DNA of 63,011 nt, filler included, from Porpidia crustulata (lineage: Eukaryota), in assembly GCA_964255105.1 (NCBI GenBank). It is 10 parts of 10 records of this genome, joined end to end, with 100 filler letters (N's around TTAATTAATTAA, not from the genome) between each part and the next. Parts side by side here need not be neighbours in the genome. Positions count along the whole stretch, not along the records: positions 1 to 6,232 come from CAXUWE010001603.1; positions 6,333 to 12,562 come from CAXUWE010001604.1; positions 12,663 to 18,891 come from CAXUWE010001605.1; 7 more parts are not named here. One strand, written 5' to 3'. Positions within the stretch are counted from its first letter, which is position 1; every line of letters starts with the position of its first letter. Positions 1 through 13,276 of the stretch are shown here, piece by piece. The position numbers and the translations under genes were made by a program. Below the pieces are notes generated by a model. The model had not been told where the DNA came from, searched no databases, and worked only from the letters and a program-made list of their open reading frames with translations.

Positions 1-619
1 CTCCCACCCATCACCCCCACACCACACCCCAACCCATCCGCCCATCCATCATCATCCTCCACCGCATACTCCCAAACCTCCTCAACCTCAAACCTCCCAA
101 TCTCCAGAAAACGAAACAAAACAAAAAAACACAAAGCATAAGCACACCACAGTAACCACCACACCCCTCAAAAAACAAGTTTCAGATATCTAAACCAGCG
201 ATAAAACTATTATAGAGATGATGTTACGTCAAAACCGAGTTATTTTTGCTGGGATGATGGTTCGATGGGGGAGTTTCCTGAGGGTGAGATTTGAGATAGA
301 TGTGGATGTGGATGTGGGATGGAGTCGGCAGAGGCGGAGCAATGGTGTGTATAACTACTGAGGCGCGAGATTGCGGAGGTCCGAATGTGATATTTGGTAG
401 ACTTGTTGAGGATTGGGATTGGACGTCGTTCGCTGGCTAGAAGGATCGCCCAAAGTCGTGGCGGGGAGAAGTGTTATGGGAGAAGGTGTTTCTCGAAGCT
501 CTTGGATGTTACTGTTAGGGTAGAAGATTTGCTTGCTATTGGTATTTGGATAGATGATCGAGTGGTTTTGGTGTTCTCGCGAGGTGTTTAGATGGTGGAA
601 CTTTTATGACAACATCATT

Positions 620-3263
620 TTAGTCTTGATAGTCGTTTCTTGTGCTCGTCACTAGATGTCGTCTGTCTGATTGTATCATCTTAGACATTATACCTGATCC
701 ATCCTCATTCCCATCACCGTCAACGTGTCGCTTGTTAGCCTCATGACGATTTAACAGCACTACCACATCCCAATGATTTTTTGCCTCTGCCCATTCCAGA
801 GCATTCCACCCCACCTCTTCATCGGCCGCTTCAGGGTCCGCGCCATACTCGAGCAATAATTTCACGACGTCAGTACGGCCTCTGAAGCTGGCAATATTGA
901 GCGGTGTAGCTCCGCCGCGACCACCGGGGGCTTCCATATCCGCGCCTGCTTCGAGAAGATATCGGACTACTGTTGTCAGCCCGAAAGAGGCGGCATAATA
1001 TAGTGGGCCGGTTCTGCTGATGTTCTTGGACCAAGGCGCAAGTAGCTGCGCCCATGCGAGAAAATTCCCACGGCCGTGTTCAGCGCTGAAGAGGAATGGT
1101 CGCAGAACCTGCCATAGCGGTTCGCCTAGCTCCTGCTGGCCTCCCTGTTCGAGGGCTCTCGAGTGCATGGTCCAACAATCCCCAGCATACTTGTATAATG
1201 GATATCGGCGTAATCGTTCACCCAATTTTGCAAAGGGTCCAGAGGAGAATTCATCAAGAGAGAGGTATGCCAGACATTTAATGGCAAGACTGCGATGCGC
1301 TTCTATCTTCGATATCCGGAAATACCTGACACTCGGTGGTAAGTCAGAGAGCAGATACGTCTTGACCGAGTGATGCGCCAACGCTACAACGTCCCTGTCT
1401 TCTTGGTAGTTGAGGAAGCTCCCACATATTCCAAGAACATCCGAAGGATCTGTGAGGCGCTTACTTTCATCGAGCATAGGTAAGCCTGGCGTAATCTGCA
1501 AGAATTCGCATAGCTCCTTTAGCTGAAGTGGCCGGAAACAAAAGCAAAGGATTTCAAGGATCTCTCGTGAAAGCCTCATGTCTTCTTCCCCATCAATCCG
1601 CATGAGCAAACGCTCGTAGGTTTGATCTAAAGTCGGAGGAAGTGACGTTAGAGCCTCCTTAACAGCACCAGGTGTCCGGAGTCTTGATAAAAGGTCCAGC
1701 TGGCAATAGACATATCGGAACATTCCCTCCGCCCTCCCTGTGAGGGTCCGCCTGATTTCAGCTTTCAATTGAGGGTCATAATGGCGTAGCCTGGGATGGG
1801 CTTCAAGATTCGCTTCGACGTAAAGATGAACGTCGTTCCATATTGCTCTGGGACTCAGTGTTTTGATAATGAGATGGGGCATTTGACGAAGAGAATTTTC
1901 TATACCTCTTTCGTTAATACAAGATAAAAATAGATGAAGCCTACTTGCGGTATTCAAGGATTTCAAGATGGTGTCAAAAGACGCAGCTATTTCATAGACG
2001 TCGCCACATTCATTAATGGCATCCACAAAGACGTAGACATTGCCAATACTCTGTATCTGTTCAGCGATGAGTTTGACGAGTACGTTCACATCGAGGGGAA
2101 TCGGCCTTTCCATTTTATCCCCTAGCCGATCATCATACAGCGACACGCTTTTGTGGTACACCGTATCGTCATCGTTACATAGCTGAGCCAAGATGGAACC
2201 CAAGATGTTACCAACTTCCAAAGTCTCGCTGTTTGCGAAGGAGCAGTAGAGATACGCAGTCCGGCATTGTTTACTGTCGACAGCTACTACATTCTCGATA
2301 GCAGTCGTCATCAACGTCGTCTTACCCGCTCCGGTGATGCCATTTAGCCAGAACACCGAATTGGTGGCAGATTCACGCCAAGTCAGGAAGTCTTTGCTGT
2401 CGGTGAGCCAAGCACCGCTACCTGGTGTTCGAGACTTGAGGATCCTTTCATAGGACTGACGTGGGTCAACCGGTGATAGCCATTCCATGACTTTTCTGTA
2501 CTTAGTCCCTGTGAACATCAGCTAGTGTTCGTCTAGCTCAACAGCAAGTAAACTCTCGCTTAGAAGCAGGGCAAATAGTCGCATAGACAACAACGCCGGT
2601 GTGAAAGCAGAAAAGCTGATTCAAGAGGAGTCAAGTGTGCAAGTTTGGAGGTTCAATGTTGTTGTTTAATGGATATGTTAAAAGCTCACATACGAGCCTC
2701 TTGATTCTGTCTTTCTTGATTGTCTGCTAGTACCAGCGACCTTAGATCTGAGATCTGCGAGGCGATTTGGCGTGTCGCATCACTAGGTCGGGAAATCAGT
2801 GGAAATGCAACAACGGCAGTTAAGTCAAGGCAGACAGATCGTCAGACATCAGTGCCAGCATGAAGTATGTTTTGACACGTTCCAGCCTTGCAAGATGCTG
2901 TCTCATTTCATTATCTTGAAAAGGCCACCTCATCTTTTGTATTTTGGCCTGCAAGCGATTCTTCGGGATCGCCAACTTCTGATGTATATCTTGCAGGAAT
3001 TCAATACATTCTTGTAGAACCTCCCGGACAATGGACCCGTTCGATTCTTCGATCAACGAGAGGTCAACCACATCCAGGCCTGGAGCTCTTTCTTGTTGAA
3101 TTTTCATGTGTTGCAACACACCAGTCAGAGCAAACAATTCATTGCTTAACCTTTGTATGTCTCCTCGTGCGTCTCTAACATCCTTTGCATAGGTGTAAAG
3201 CATTGAAGCCACGTTGAACGAAAGACCAAGTACAGTCAATATAAGGCCACTAACGTCGGCCAT
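620..3263 (-). CDS. Fungal NLR-like STAND protein: N-terminal HeLo-like helical domain, NACHT NTPase, winged helix, C-terminal ankyrin repeats (~801 aa, 3 exons)
   Basis: Exons 3263-2836, 2782-2694 and 2508-620 join in frame via GT-AG introns. Walker A GITGAGKT, Walker B VYVFVDAINEC, conserved AEGMFRYV and LPPTLDQTYER motifs, ankyrin repeats (PLYYAASFG, TPLNIASFRG, NALEWA). Confidence 0.9.
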
Positions 3264-3789
3264 TATTTCTGTAACGTAAACGTTCTAATGCTATGATATG
3301 ACAGATATTCGTGAACAGAGACGTTTTCTACTTAAGTAGTCTTGGAACTCGCTCTTGTTTCTTTGAGTGCCTCGAGATATCAAACATCTTCGTGAATTTG
3401 GATTCGTAACCTCCCTGAATGCAACATCGCCATGAATGGTAATATTAAATTATTGACGCAGCCTCAATCATACACCGAGAGCCTGAGAACGTAATCCAAC
3501 ACTCGACAGGAAGAAAATCGGTAAGGCTGAACGGGAGGACGATGTATGACACTAGTGTTAACCCTAAGCCCAATTGATGTTTAGCATGCAGCCCTATGGC
3601 CCTACAGCCTTGTAGGTCTGTCGCCTTGTGTTATCGATAAGCATCATCGCTAAGGTTTCTCACCCGTACAAATATTTGTTGCTCACTACACACACTGCCC
3701 CCACCACTTTCTGCTTGTGTTCTCCGCTCTTCCTGCTCGACCACTTGCTTGGCTGTGTCGCTCTTCTTTCAAAAGCAGTAGCAGCCAAG

Positions 3790-5519
3790 ATGAATCGTCC
3801 AGCTGGACTTCGCCTGAAGCGTCCTCGGAATAGCAAGCTAGATACGCCTCGCAAGAAGCAGAAGGTTACTCACGTAATTCAAGCCTTCTCCGTCAGGGAT
3901 ACTGCATACAGGCCGCCGTCGGTTAGATCGCAGCAGACTTCTGAAACACCTGTACGCCTACCAAGAACAATTCAGAACAAGGTTTTCCGAACTGCGAAAA
4001 AGAATCGACGGGATCCTTTTCATACTCTGGATGACGACGTGGTATATCAGATTATCAGCCTACTTCCTGCCAAGGATACAGAGACTCTACGCAGAGTATC
4101 AAAGCTGTGGAGATCCAGCTCCGAGTATCACTGCGGTAAGGTTGCCTTGCTGAAGCAATTTCCCTGGGCGAAGCCAGAGATCGACATGTCTGCCACGCAG
4201 GAGGATCTCAATCTTCTATACCGAAGACACTGTTCGTATGCTCCCGTGCAAAGAACTCAGCAGATACTGATTCAATGGTAGTATACCACCGAGAATGTAT
4301 GATTTCCGGCGAAGCTACAAGAGCTATCAAGTGCGAAAAGGTTCAAGACTGGCATATTGCAGACAATTCACTGATCTGGGTGGGCTCGCCGGAGACGAAC
4401 AGTCAGATCTCAATAGGAAGCCTCAAAAAACCAAACGGCGTGTCGACCAAATCTTTCGATACAATGGAGATTGAAATAGACTGGCTCAGCTCAAAACGGG
4501 GTGGAATAAAGTATGTACAGATGACTCACGACGGCGATTTACTGTTACGTATCAGTGCATTCCCATTCTTATATAAGTGCAGGAGATCTGGCGGTGAACC
4601 AGCAATATTTGAGGGACTGTTGAAGATGTCACTTGACAATGTCTGCGCTTGGAAGCTTAAGTTGAGAGCAAGTATCAACCGTCCAGCCATTGGCCGAGAT
4701 GCAATTTACTTCATTCGCGCCAAGGATACTCCCTCTACAGTACCTTCGAAAAGGATCAAAGCACGGAAGCGCGAAAAAACTTTCTATAAAGTCTCGCTCA
4801 AGGACGGCTCCATCGTTTACTCTGTGCCGTTTGCAACAGAAGACGGAAGCTCGGTGTCTGTGCCCTTCCTTGAGAACTCCATGAGCTTGACTTCAAACGA
4901 GGAGTTCGCAATCTGGGACAGCCTTGATGGCAAAGCCTATGTCTTCTCTACCGCCTCAGGCGCCGTCCTTCACACTTTCAAACGCTCAGGGAACGGGCCC
5001 CTCGTCTCTAGCGCCACTAAGAATAAAATATGGGATATCAATATAGACGCGGAGCCACCGCATTGGACCTCAAAGATTGTGACCCTGAATAAGGACGAAA
5101 AAACAATAGTCGAGGAGCCATTGCATCTTCCCTCACTCGCGTCTCAAGATTCATGGTGCTTCGATGGCGATAGACAACTGATGTGCGTTTTCGAACACCC
5201 GGAGGCCAAGGCGTTACTAGATTTCCCGGAGCAGCAGCTTTACGGTGTCCGCCTCGGGATCCGTGACTCCTTTTCCCTGATTGGCGTTCGCATTGTGGAA
5301 GAGTGCCCTCCTCCACGATCGATTCTACAGTATCGAGAGAGCGCCCACATCACTTTACCACCGCATGCGGGGAGGGGCCCGAATCGGAGACTGCTGGAGC
5401 TGGAATTACCGTGGGAGATCGGGATGTATGATTACTTTGGCATGTGCGAGGGTTACTTGGTTTTCCACAACCGAACCGAGCAGACATTGATTCTTGTGGA
5501 CTTTTGGCCTACTTGGTAA
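3790..5519 (+). CDS. F-box domain protein with putative beta-rich C-terminal substrate-binding region
   Basis: F-box motif DPFHTLDDDVVYQIISLLPAKDTETLRRVSKLWR; a GT-AG intron at 4232-4281 joins the two long ORFs in frame. Confidence 0.75.
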
Positions 5520-6232
5520 ACATCGAGCGGAACTGCCCGTCTTTGGATACGAAGTAGGCTTCTATATGGCAAGGTTTCATCATAGAGAGCCGGGAGTAAG
5601 ATGCGAGTGAGCGCTGAGGACGCAATGGGTGTATATATCGGAAAAAGGTGGTAACACGGTTTGTAGAAGGAATCAATTACATATAGGGGAAAAGGCAATG
5701 TAAATACCGATGATAGTCGCACACGATACTCCCTCAGAAAGACGAATCGACAAGATCTTAATTAAAAATAATCTTCCAAGCACAGATCCAGGCGACCATA
5801 TATCATAACATGAGAAGGCGTTGAAACTAGTTGATCTGTGGTGTCCGCGACTTCGTCGCTTCGCAATTATCTCGCTCCAGTCTTTCTCATCGACTAATCG
5901 GGGTTCAGATCAAACCCAGGTGGGAAGATCAAACAATCGAATTGAATTAGTCAACAAACGTCCAGCACTTTGATGTATTTTCGGGACGTAGATATCGTGC
6001 TCCCAGCTCGAATCCGCAAACCCCAAAATAACCCCTTCTAACAGACCATTATCATCCTTCTCTCCCTTATATATATATAAACCCGTAAGTTCATTCGTGG
6101 AAATTGGGGGAATTGAGTAAGAAAGCGCTTGATGGAAAGGAGAGAGAGGAATGTGAGGGGTTTTTAAGGAAGTGGTGTGGAAAGAAGGGAAGGGTGGGTC
6201 GGTGGGTGCGTGCGTGGGTGCGTGCGTGGAGT

Positions 6233-6332
6233 NNNNNNNNNNNNNNNNNNNNNNNNNNNNNNNNNNNNNNNNNNNNTTAATTAATTAANNNNNNNNNNNN
6301 NNNNNNNNNNNNNNNNNNNNNNNNNNNNNNNN
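6233..6332. other. Artificial contig linker (44N + TTAATTAATTAA + 44N)
   Basis: Stop codons in all six frames flanked by fixed N runs. Identical copies at 12563-12662, 18892-18991, 25218-25317, 31544-31643, 37865-37964, 44173-44272, 50463-50562 and 56741-56840. Confidence 0.99.
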
Positions 6333-6657
6333 GGGCCGGATTGGGAGTAGACGGGGTGGGGGTCTTGGGACTGGATGGTAGATGGGTGATGTTTGTGAGC
6401 GTTAACCGGGAAATTGGGATAAGGATCGAGAACATGGTTTCGAGGAAACAGCGGCTCCTGGCCTGGATGTATTGAAAAGCCTCTCTTATGGGCCAAGATT
6501 TAGACTCTGCACCACACATCGATCGTTATTTGTTCATGTGTAGATTGCGCCTTGCAGTTTCTAAACTATCTCACGTGGTGATACAGGCTTGATTATACAG
6601 CTGGGTCTTACTATGGCGATCTGAGGTCCCCTCCTACCCAACTCCGCATACTAGCCT

Positions 6658-7655
6658 CTATTGATCGATATCCATCTTCTCCACCACCACCACGTCGTCA
6701 TCCGACGACAGTTCGTGGACCGTGACATACTTGCTGATCTCGTCCCTGGTGATGATCTTCTCGTTCAACACCGCCGTCGTCCCGCGCTTGAACTTGTAGC
6801 TTCGCTGCTTCTGTTCCCGCTGATTCGGCTTGATGTAGTTCCGCATCAGCGTCGTCTTCTCCCCCGTGATGACGCAGACGTCGACGTTGGAGCCCGAGCC
6901 TAGGTCGTTGAAGATGCCGGCCTGGATGGCGTCCGAGGTCAGCTTGATCGCCTCTTCTCTGGTCATATTTTGCTTCCATTGTGTCTCGAAGACCGACATG
7001 GCAGCTAGCGATCCGCTGCCCATCGTGACGTATGGGAGCTTGTCGGTACTGCCGTGAGCGTGAACGGTGAAGAGGGCGACTCCTGTCGGGTCGACGCCCG
7101 CAACGACTAGATAGGCACCGATGTGTCCTTGATACCGGAAAAGATGTTGTTTGAGCATGGTCATGCAGGTCACGACTCTGGGCTTACGGCCGGTCGAGAG
7201 AGCGTGGAGTTCGAGGTTGGAAGAGATGATGGCGGTGGTGAATTCGGTATCTGCGGCTGTGGCGGCGCCGGGCCACCCAAAAAGGGGGGCGCGGTTTATG
7301 GGTTTATGGGAAATATGGCGGGTGGTGTTCGTGGTGGGAAGAGATGTGGGGGGTGTTTATTTCGGTCTCTGCGGCGGGGCCGGCGCCGGCACACCATATC
7401 TGGGGAGCGATGTAATGGAGTTTCTCGCAATTCTGGGGCGAGGTCAGCCTGAGACTATCGCAGGGTAAGCTCAGAAGAGACCTTGTCTGCCACTATCGGG
7501 CCACTGGTAGCTCTCGTGTCCGCGGCGATCACGACACCTCCATTGAAGATACATCCAACAATTGTTGTACCTGTGCTTGTGGCTTTGGGGAGTGGTACGC
7601 CTTGAGCATGTAGAGTCGCATTGCGGTTATAGTTGGAGAAGTCAAATCCAGGCAT
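6658..7655 (-). CDS. PUP1: 20S proteasome beta-2 subunit
   Basis: Propeptide followed by TTIVG catalytic Thr, [23 protein letters not shown] and DLGSGSNVD. Intron 7481-7433. A garbled 118-nt insertion at 7261-7378 is judged an assembly artefact. Confidence 0.95.
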
Positions 7656-8132
7656 GGCTAAGACAGCTTAGTTTGCACTGAAGGCCGCTGGTTCGTAAGA
7701 AGCTGAAGAAGATCTTGACGTAGTCATAGACAAACTTTGCTTTTACCGGAAGATTTTGAAAGACCCGGTGTGAACGGGGAAATATCTAGAATGAAGGTGC
7801 TGTCGATGAAGTGACGACAAACATAGATGCCTCATTTTTGAGAGCTTGCCGCAAACGCGACCCCCGAGCTTCTCGGCGGAACTTGCCGCTGTCAACCATC
7901 ATCACGTACGCGCTCAGTAGCAATGTGTCAGATGTCTCCCATGGACTCTAATTGATACCTTCATGATTCCATATTCTTTGCGCTGGAATTTTCTCTTCAA
8001 AAATTCAGGAGACCTTCACAGGTTCTTCAACGACACTCCTTTGAAATCCCATCAACACCGAATGTCAAGAGTAAATACCCTACCTTAGGACGTGAAGTGC
8101 GCACCGTATCGCCGGAATTCGAAAGAGCAAGG

Positions 8133-11100
8133 ATGGCTTTCAGGTTTGGAAGCGCAGGACTGACAGCCTCTGGGGCCAGTGCTGGAGGTTTCGACAGTGC
8201 TCAGAGTCAGACTGGGCCTGATCTGGAAGAGATCGAGACAGAAGCCCTTGGATTTCAAAGCCTTGGGGGGGAGGCCAAGCTTCGACTACTACCGTTGCCA
8301 TGGCCTAGCGATGCTCTCCCTCCCCCTACATCTTCGTTGCTCAGTGTTGCCTCAAAGAAAGGTCTGCTGGCTGCTGCTGGCCCGGACTCTGTTATAATTG
8401 CTAGTACCGAGTCTGTACGGCAATCCTTTACTGCGAGCAGTTCGTCGGAAAGCAACTTCAAGCCATTCACACCTCAACTAATACTGAATGTCGGCACGAG
8501 GATATCGCAACTGGCTTTCTCTACGGACGAGAAATACCTGGTAATATCTGCAGAGTCTGGCGGTGGCTTAGGAGTCTACAATGTTGGAGCTCTTATGCAA
8601 GGCAACACGACTCCGGCTTTTGAACTCCCAACCAACGGCACTTCATTGCGTGCACTCATTCCGAACCCTGCTCCTGAAAAAGCCGAGCTGTTTGCTGTGG
8701 TCACGACCAAAGGGGAGCTCATGATAGGAAATCTGACAACTAGACTGTTCCTGAATGGCGCTCAGGGGCAGGTCATGAAGGACGGGGTGAGCTGCGTTTC
8801 CTGGAGCACCAAGGGAAAGCAGCTGGTGGTTGGACTTGGCAATGGGACTTGTTTCCAATTGACGCCCGAAGGTGACGGAAAAGGAGAGCTTCCTCGGCCG
8901 CCAGACACACAAGGCGATGAGCATGGTATGTCATTTAATCACTGCCATCAGAGCTCGTCCACTAACACCTCTAGTCTCTTCAATCTCATGGCTTGAGAAC
9001 AACCTCTTCCTTACCGCCCATACTCCTACGACTTTCGATGCCGAGACCATACCGCTGACGGTCTTCCACCTCGTCACCCGCCAACCAACTCAACCTTATG
9101 CATGCACCTTTCAAAAAATCCCCGAACCATGTCTTCCATACGGGCTCAACCGATCACCTCCATTTCATTACGTACAGCGGCTCAAAGATTTCCCACCGAA
9201 CTTACAAGACCTTATTGTAGTTGCGAGCACAGCCTCCACCGACGTCGGCGTACTCACCAGATCGAAAGTGCCATTGACAAATGGAACTCCTGCAGAAAAG
9301 GTTACCGATGTTTTCACAACAACTACGATGGCAATCGACTCGCGCCGCGCCCAACTACCAATGACCGAAGATCTCTCGGACACATCTCCAATTGGCATGG
9401 CGCTTGATTTGTCTAATAAGGAGAAAGTTTCTCGGCCATTACCTAGCGAGGAGATGGAGGAATCCTCTACTCCTTTGCCTGCGATTATGATCTTGAATAA
9501 CGATGGTGTTCTGTCGTCATGGTGGCTAGTATACGCTGATTCGGTAAGACAAGCTACAACTTACCCAGGCCTTACTATCGCTGGCGTTAGCCAGCCCCAA
9601 GTGCAGAATACAATGAGCCGGCAGGCATCGCCATTTGGAGATACAACATCACAAGCTACGCTCACACCGAATGTAAACCCATTTGGGACAGCGACCACGT
9701 TTGGCAACCCTTCTACACCAGCATTTGGTACATCGAGCGCCCTTGGCACGGCTCCTAGCGTATTTGGTACTTCTGCAGCGCTTGGGAAGCCGCAGTCACC
9801 ATGGGCAACTAGCAATCCGAGGAATCCTATCCCTGGAGGTGGGACTTCCTCCTTTGGTCAGCCATCTTTTGGGGCCCCAAGTTCGCCTGGAAGTACCAGT
9901 GGAGCAGCATTCGGTGCGACTGGTGCAATCGGAAATCGAGCCTCACCATGGGGTGCGCCACAGTCTGGGTCATCTGCAGCCTCTGGGAGTATATTTGGCC
10001 AGCCTGGAGCCTTAGGCATGGGCACGTCATCTGCCAATCCGTTTGCACCAAAAGTTCAGTCTGGAATATCTGCGCCAACATCGACTGGCGGCTTCGCTCC
10101 ATTTGCGAACGGTACGGGCTTTATGGGAGCACCAGCTCAAAGTAGTGGCGATAATCTCTTTTCCAAAGTTAGTGGCGACAGTCCGTTCATAAAACCCTCC
10201 ACTGGCGCATCCTTTGGCTCTACCATGGAGACAGATTCTAGTTTTGGAGGAACCCCGAAGAAACCAGACGCACCTGGAAGCTTCTTTCCTGGGACCGGCT
10301 TTACATTAGGGTCGACCTTTAAAGGCGATGGTACAGCTGGAAATGATTCACTTAAACCTGCCATCGATGCATCAAATTCATTCTTCGGGAGCACCTTCGG
10401 CAATACACTCGGTGAAGCACAGAAAGTGGCTCCGGCTCCACTAATTGAGGAAGCTGACATGGCCGACAGCGCGGACGAGAACGACAAGAACAGCGAACCA
10501 CTATCCGTCGAACGGGAGTCTTCCCCCCCTGACGCGCGACCTGATATCTCAGTCCCCAAGACTACTCCCCCATTGACAGGAGGGTTTTTCGGGACGCAAT
10601 CTCAGACCGAGAAAACGCCTGCTGCTGTACAAAATAGCGCACCTGCTCCACCTTCATCATGGGACAAGCCCACACCAGTCTCGACGACACCTCAAGAGAC
10701 GCCAAGGAAGCCGCTTGAGATTCAGACATCTACAAAAACCCCATCATCACCGGTTATTAAACCCGAACCTCGGGATGATGGATCTTCTGGAATCGATGAT
10801 TCTATCCCAGAACCACCTCTACCACCGGAATCGACAAGTAAAGTGAGCTACGGAGCTGGTGACTCATCTAATTCTTCAGCTTCAACCTCAAAAGCTGGCG
10901 CCGAAGATGCTCCGCTACGACCCGAATTTACCCAATCAAAGAGCAAAGGAAGATTTCACGAAGCGTCACCCTTGGAACAATCATCTCTTCCATCGGATAA
11001 TGAAGATGGCGGTCTAGATGAAGGTCTGGATGACGAAGGCAGTGGTGTGGACGTAGCAAAAGAAATTAGCCCCACGACAGCTGAAAGCTCATTCAGTGGA

Positions 11101-12555
11101 GCTTTTGATAAGTCGTCCTTCGATAAGTCATCTTTCGATAAAGGCTCTCTTGGCGGCCTCTTCACCAAAGTCAAACCACCTCAGCCTCAAAAATCCAAAT
11201 CTCTATTTGGAGAGGTTTCTCTTACATCTGTACCGTATTTCCCACCACCAATAAGAGTTCAAGAAAGTCCAAGGTCACCCAGTCCAGTACGATCTTTTCT
11301 ACAAGGAGACTTGCTACGATCGGCAAATGCGAGATCAGTGAGTGCTCTAGGACATCCGGCCGCAGGAACCGGCCACAGCAAAGGTGTGCCGAGAAAAACA
11401 GTTGCTGCATCAAGCTTGCAAGTTTCAGTAGAAGATAATTACAAAGAGAAACAAAATCGCGCCGCTGGTGAGCACGCCAAGAGAGCTGCCGAGGAGCAGA
11501 GTCTTAGCGACCATGAGGATGAGGAAGTTCGCGAGTTTTTAGAAACCGAAGTTCAAAGCAAGACAACACTAGACCCTTTTCTTGCTCATCAAGATTACGT
11601 TGGCAAAGTAGACAAACCTGGCGTGCCTGGCCAAATTGAAAAGGTCTTCCGAGATATCAACTCCATGATCGATACGCTAGGCCTGAATGCGCGCTCACTG
11701 AAATCTTTCGTCAAAGGTCAGAGCGAGATGTACAACCATGGCGGCCGTTCAAGAGACAACCTGGAGAATGATGGCGATTGGTGTCTTATCGAGATCGGCG
11801 ATTTGGAGGGCATTGAGAGTACTCTTTCCGAAGGTCTTGATCAAGGTCGCGTCAACGATCTCCAAGAACGTCTCCATACCTGTCAGGAACTTCGCAAAGG
11901 GCTCAGGAAATTCAAAGCAAAGGCCAGAGAGGTGGATAGATACCTCGACGCGATGTCGGACCCGGAGAAAATCAAAGCCGCGCGCCTCATTCCCCTAGAT
12001 ATAGATCAATCCGCGCTTCAAAACCGTCTACGCAAAACTTTCACACGCACCCAGAAGTTGCTCGCGGACGTGGAAGGGGAAATCACAATGTTCAAAACGG
12101 CGCTCGCCGCGCAGGATACCCGCAACGGAAAAGGAGCAGTCAAAAAACCCACCGTCGAAGCCGTCACGAACACGATCATGAAAATGACCAGAATGGCAGA
12201 GCAGAAGAGCGGCGACATCGACGTCATCGAAACCCAAATGCGACGGCTCCGTCTCCTTTCAACAACCGCCACCACCTCCGACGACGACAACGCCCTCGCC
12301 AACACCCTATCCTCCATGCGCATCTCCCACGGTCCCCGAAACACGCGCAGGAGCCTCCTGCAAACCCCCAACAAACCCAACGCCTCGTTGCGGGACTCCA
12401 TCACCAGTAACGGAACGCCGAAGAAGGGCATCAGCGACGTCACGACGGACGAGGTACAGCGGTACCGCGACCGGATGCGGCGGAGGCAGGCGGTCAACAA
12501 GGTGCTGAAGGAGGCGTTTTTGGCAAAGGATGTGGTGGTTAGGGGGCTGGAGTAG
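8133..12555 (+). CDS. NUP159: Nucleoporin Nup159/Nup146 (NUP214 family)
   Basis: N-terminal beta-propeller (VSWSTKGKQL, DTSPIGMALD), long FG/PAFG/SSFG-rich region, C-terminal coiled coil. One intron at ~8927-8974. Confidence 0.9.
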
Positions 12556-12662
12556 AGTGTGGNNNNNNNNNNNNNNNNNNNNNNNNNNNNNNNNNNNNNN
12601 NNNNNNTTAATTAATTAANNNNNNNNNNNNNNNNNNNNNNNNNNNNNNNNNNNNNNNNNNNN

Positions 12663-13276
12663 TCGGTGATGCTTTGGAGGATGGAGCCGGGGATAGGGAC
12701 GAAGAGGGAAGTAAAGGATATACTACAGGGGACAAAGGAAGAGGGGGATGGATGCTGATGGAGTGGATCGAGGGAAGGACTGTCAAACAAGGTTTAGCGC
12801 AGGGAGGCAAGATAGTCAAGGCTGGGGGCGCAGACGGTGCGACGTGGGAAGCCGGCGTCAAACGACTCATGGCGGAGATTGGCAGAGTCGTCGGTGGGAT
12901 GCACAAAGCGGGCGTGGTGCATGGAGATCTCACGACCAGCAATCTCATGCTCCGTCCCAAGCCCCTTCCGACTCCTGGTTCCGCCTCTGAATACGATGGC
13001 GAAAGAGACAACCAGTGGCCGCCGGAAGACGAGCTCGACGCCGGCGAAATCATTCTCATCGATTTTGGGCTCTCAGCGCAAAGCACGCAGGATGAGGATC
13101 GCGCGGTGGATCTGTACGTGCTTGAAAGGGCGTTTGGGAGCACCCATCCGGAGTTGGAAGGACTGTTTGGAGAGGTGATACATGCGTTGGTGGGTATTTT
13201 CGGGGGGGCGTGCGTGTTGGTGAAGAAGTTGGGCGAGGTGAGGATGAGGGGGCGGAAGAGGAGTATGATTGGTTGA
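12663..13276 (+). CDS. BUD32: KEOPS/EKC complex atypical kinase Bud32 (5'-truncated by contig end)
   Basis: HGDLTTSN catalytic loop, IDFGL, EDRAVDLYVLERAFGSTHP and C-terminal VRMRGRKRSMIG. Confidence 0.95.

Noticed and set aside
1..600. C/A-rich and G/T-rich low-complexity contig ends (also ~6140-6232, 25318-25440 and 62820-63011) as telomeres or functional repeats
   Set aside because: No TTAGGG arrays. These are low-complexity tracts where short-read assembly breaks.
2509..2693. Stwintron (nested intron) in the long NLR intron beginning GTATGTGAGC
   Set aside because: No internal branch point/AG whose removal regenerates a convincing donor. A single ordinary intron explains the frame.
6658..7655. 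PUP1 as a pseudogene or as carrying a novel intron or insertion element
   Set aside because: The insert has no splice signals and is a corrupted copy of both flanks. The gene is essential, so an artefact is far more likely.
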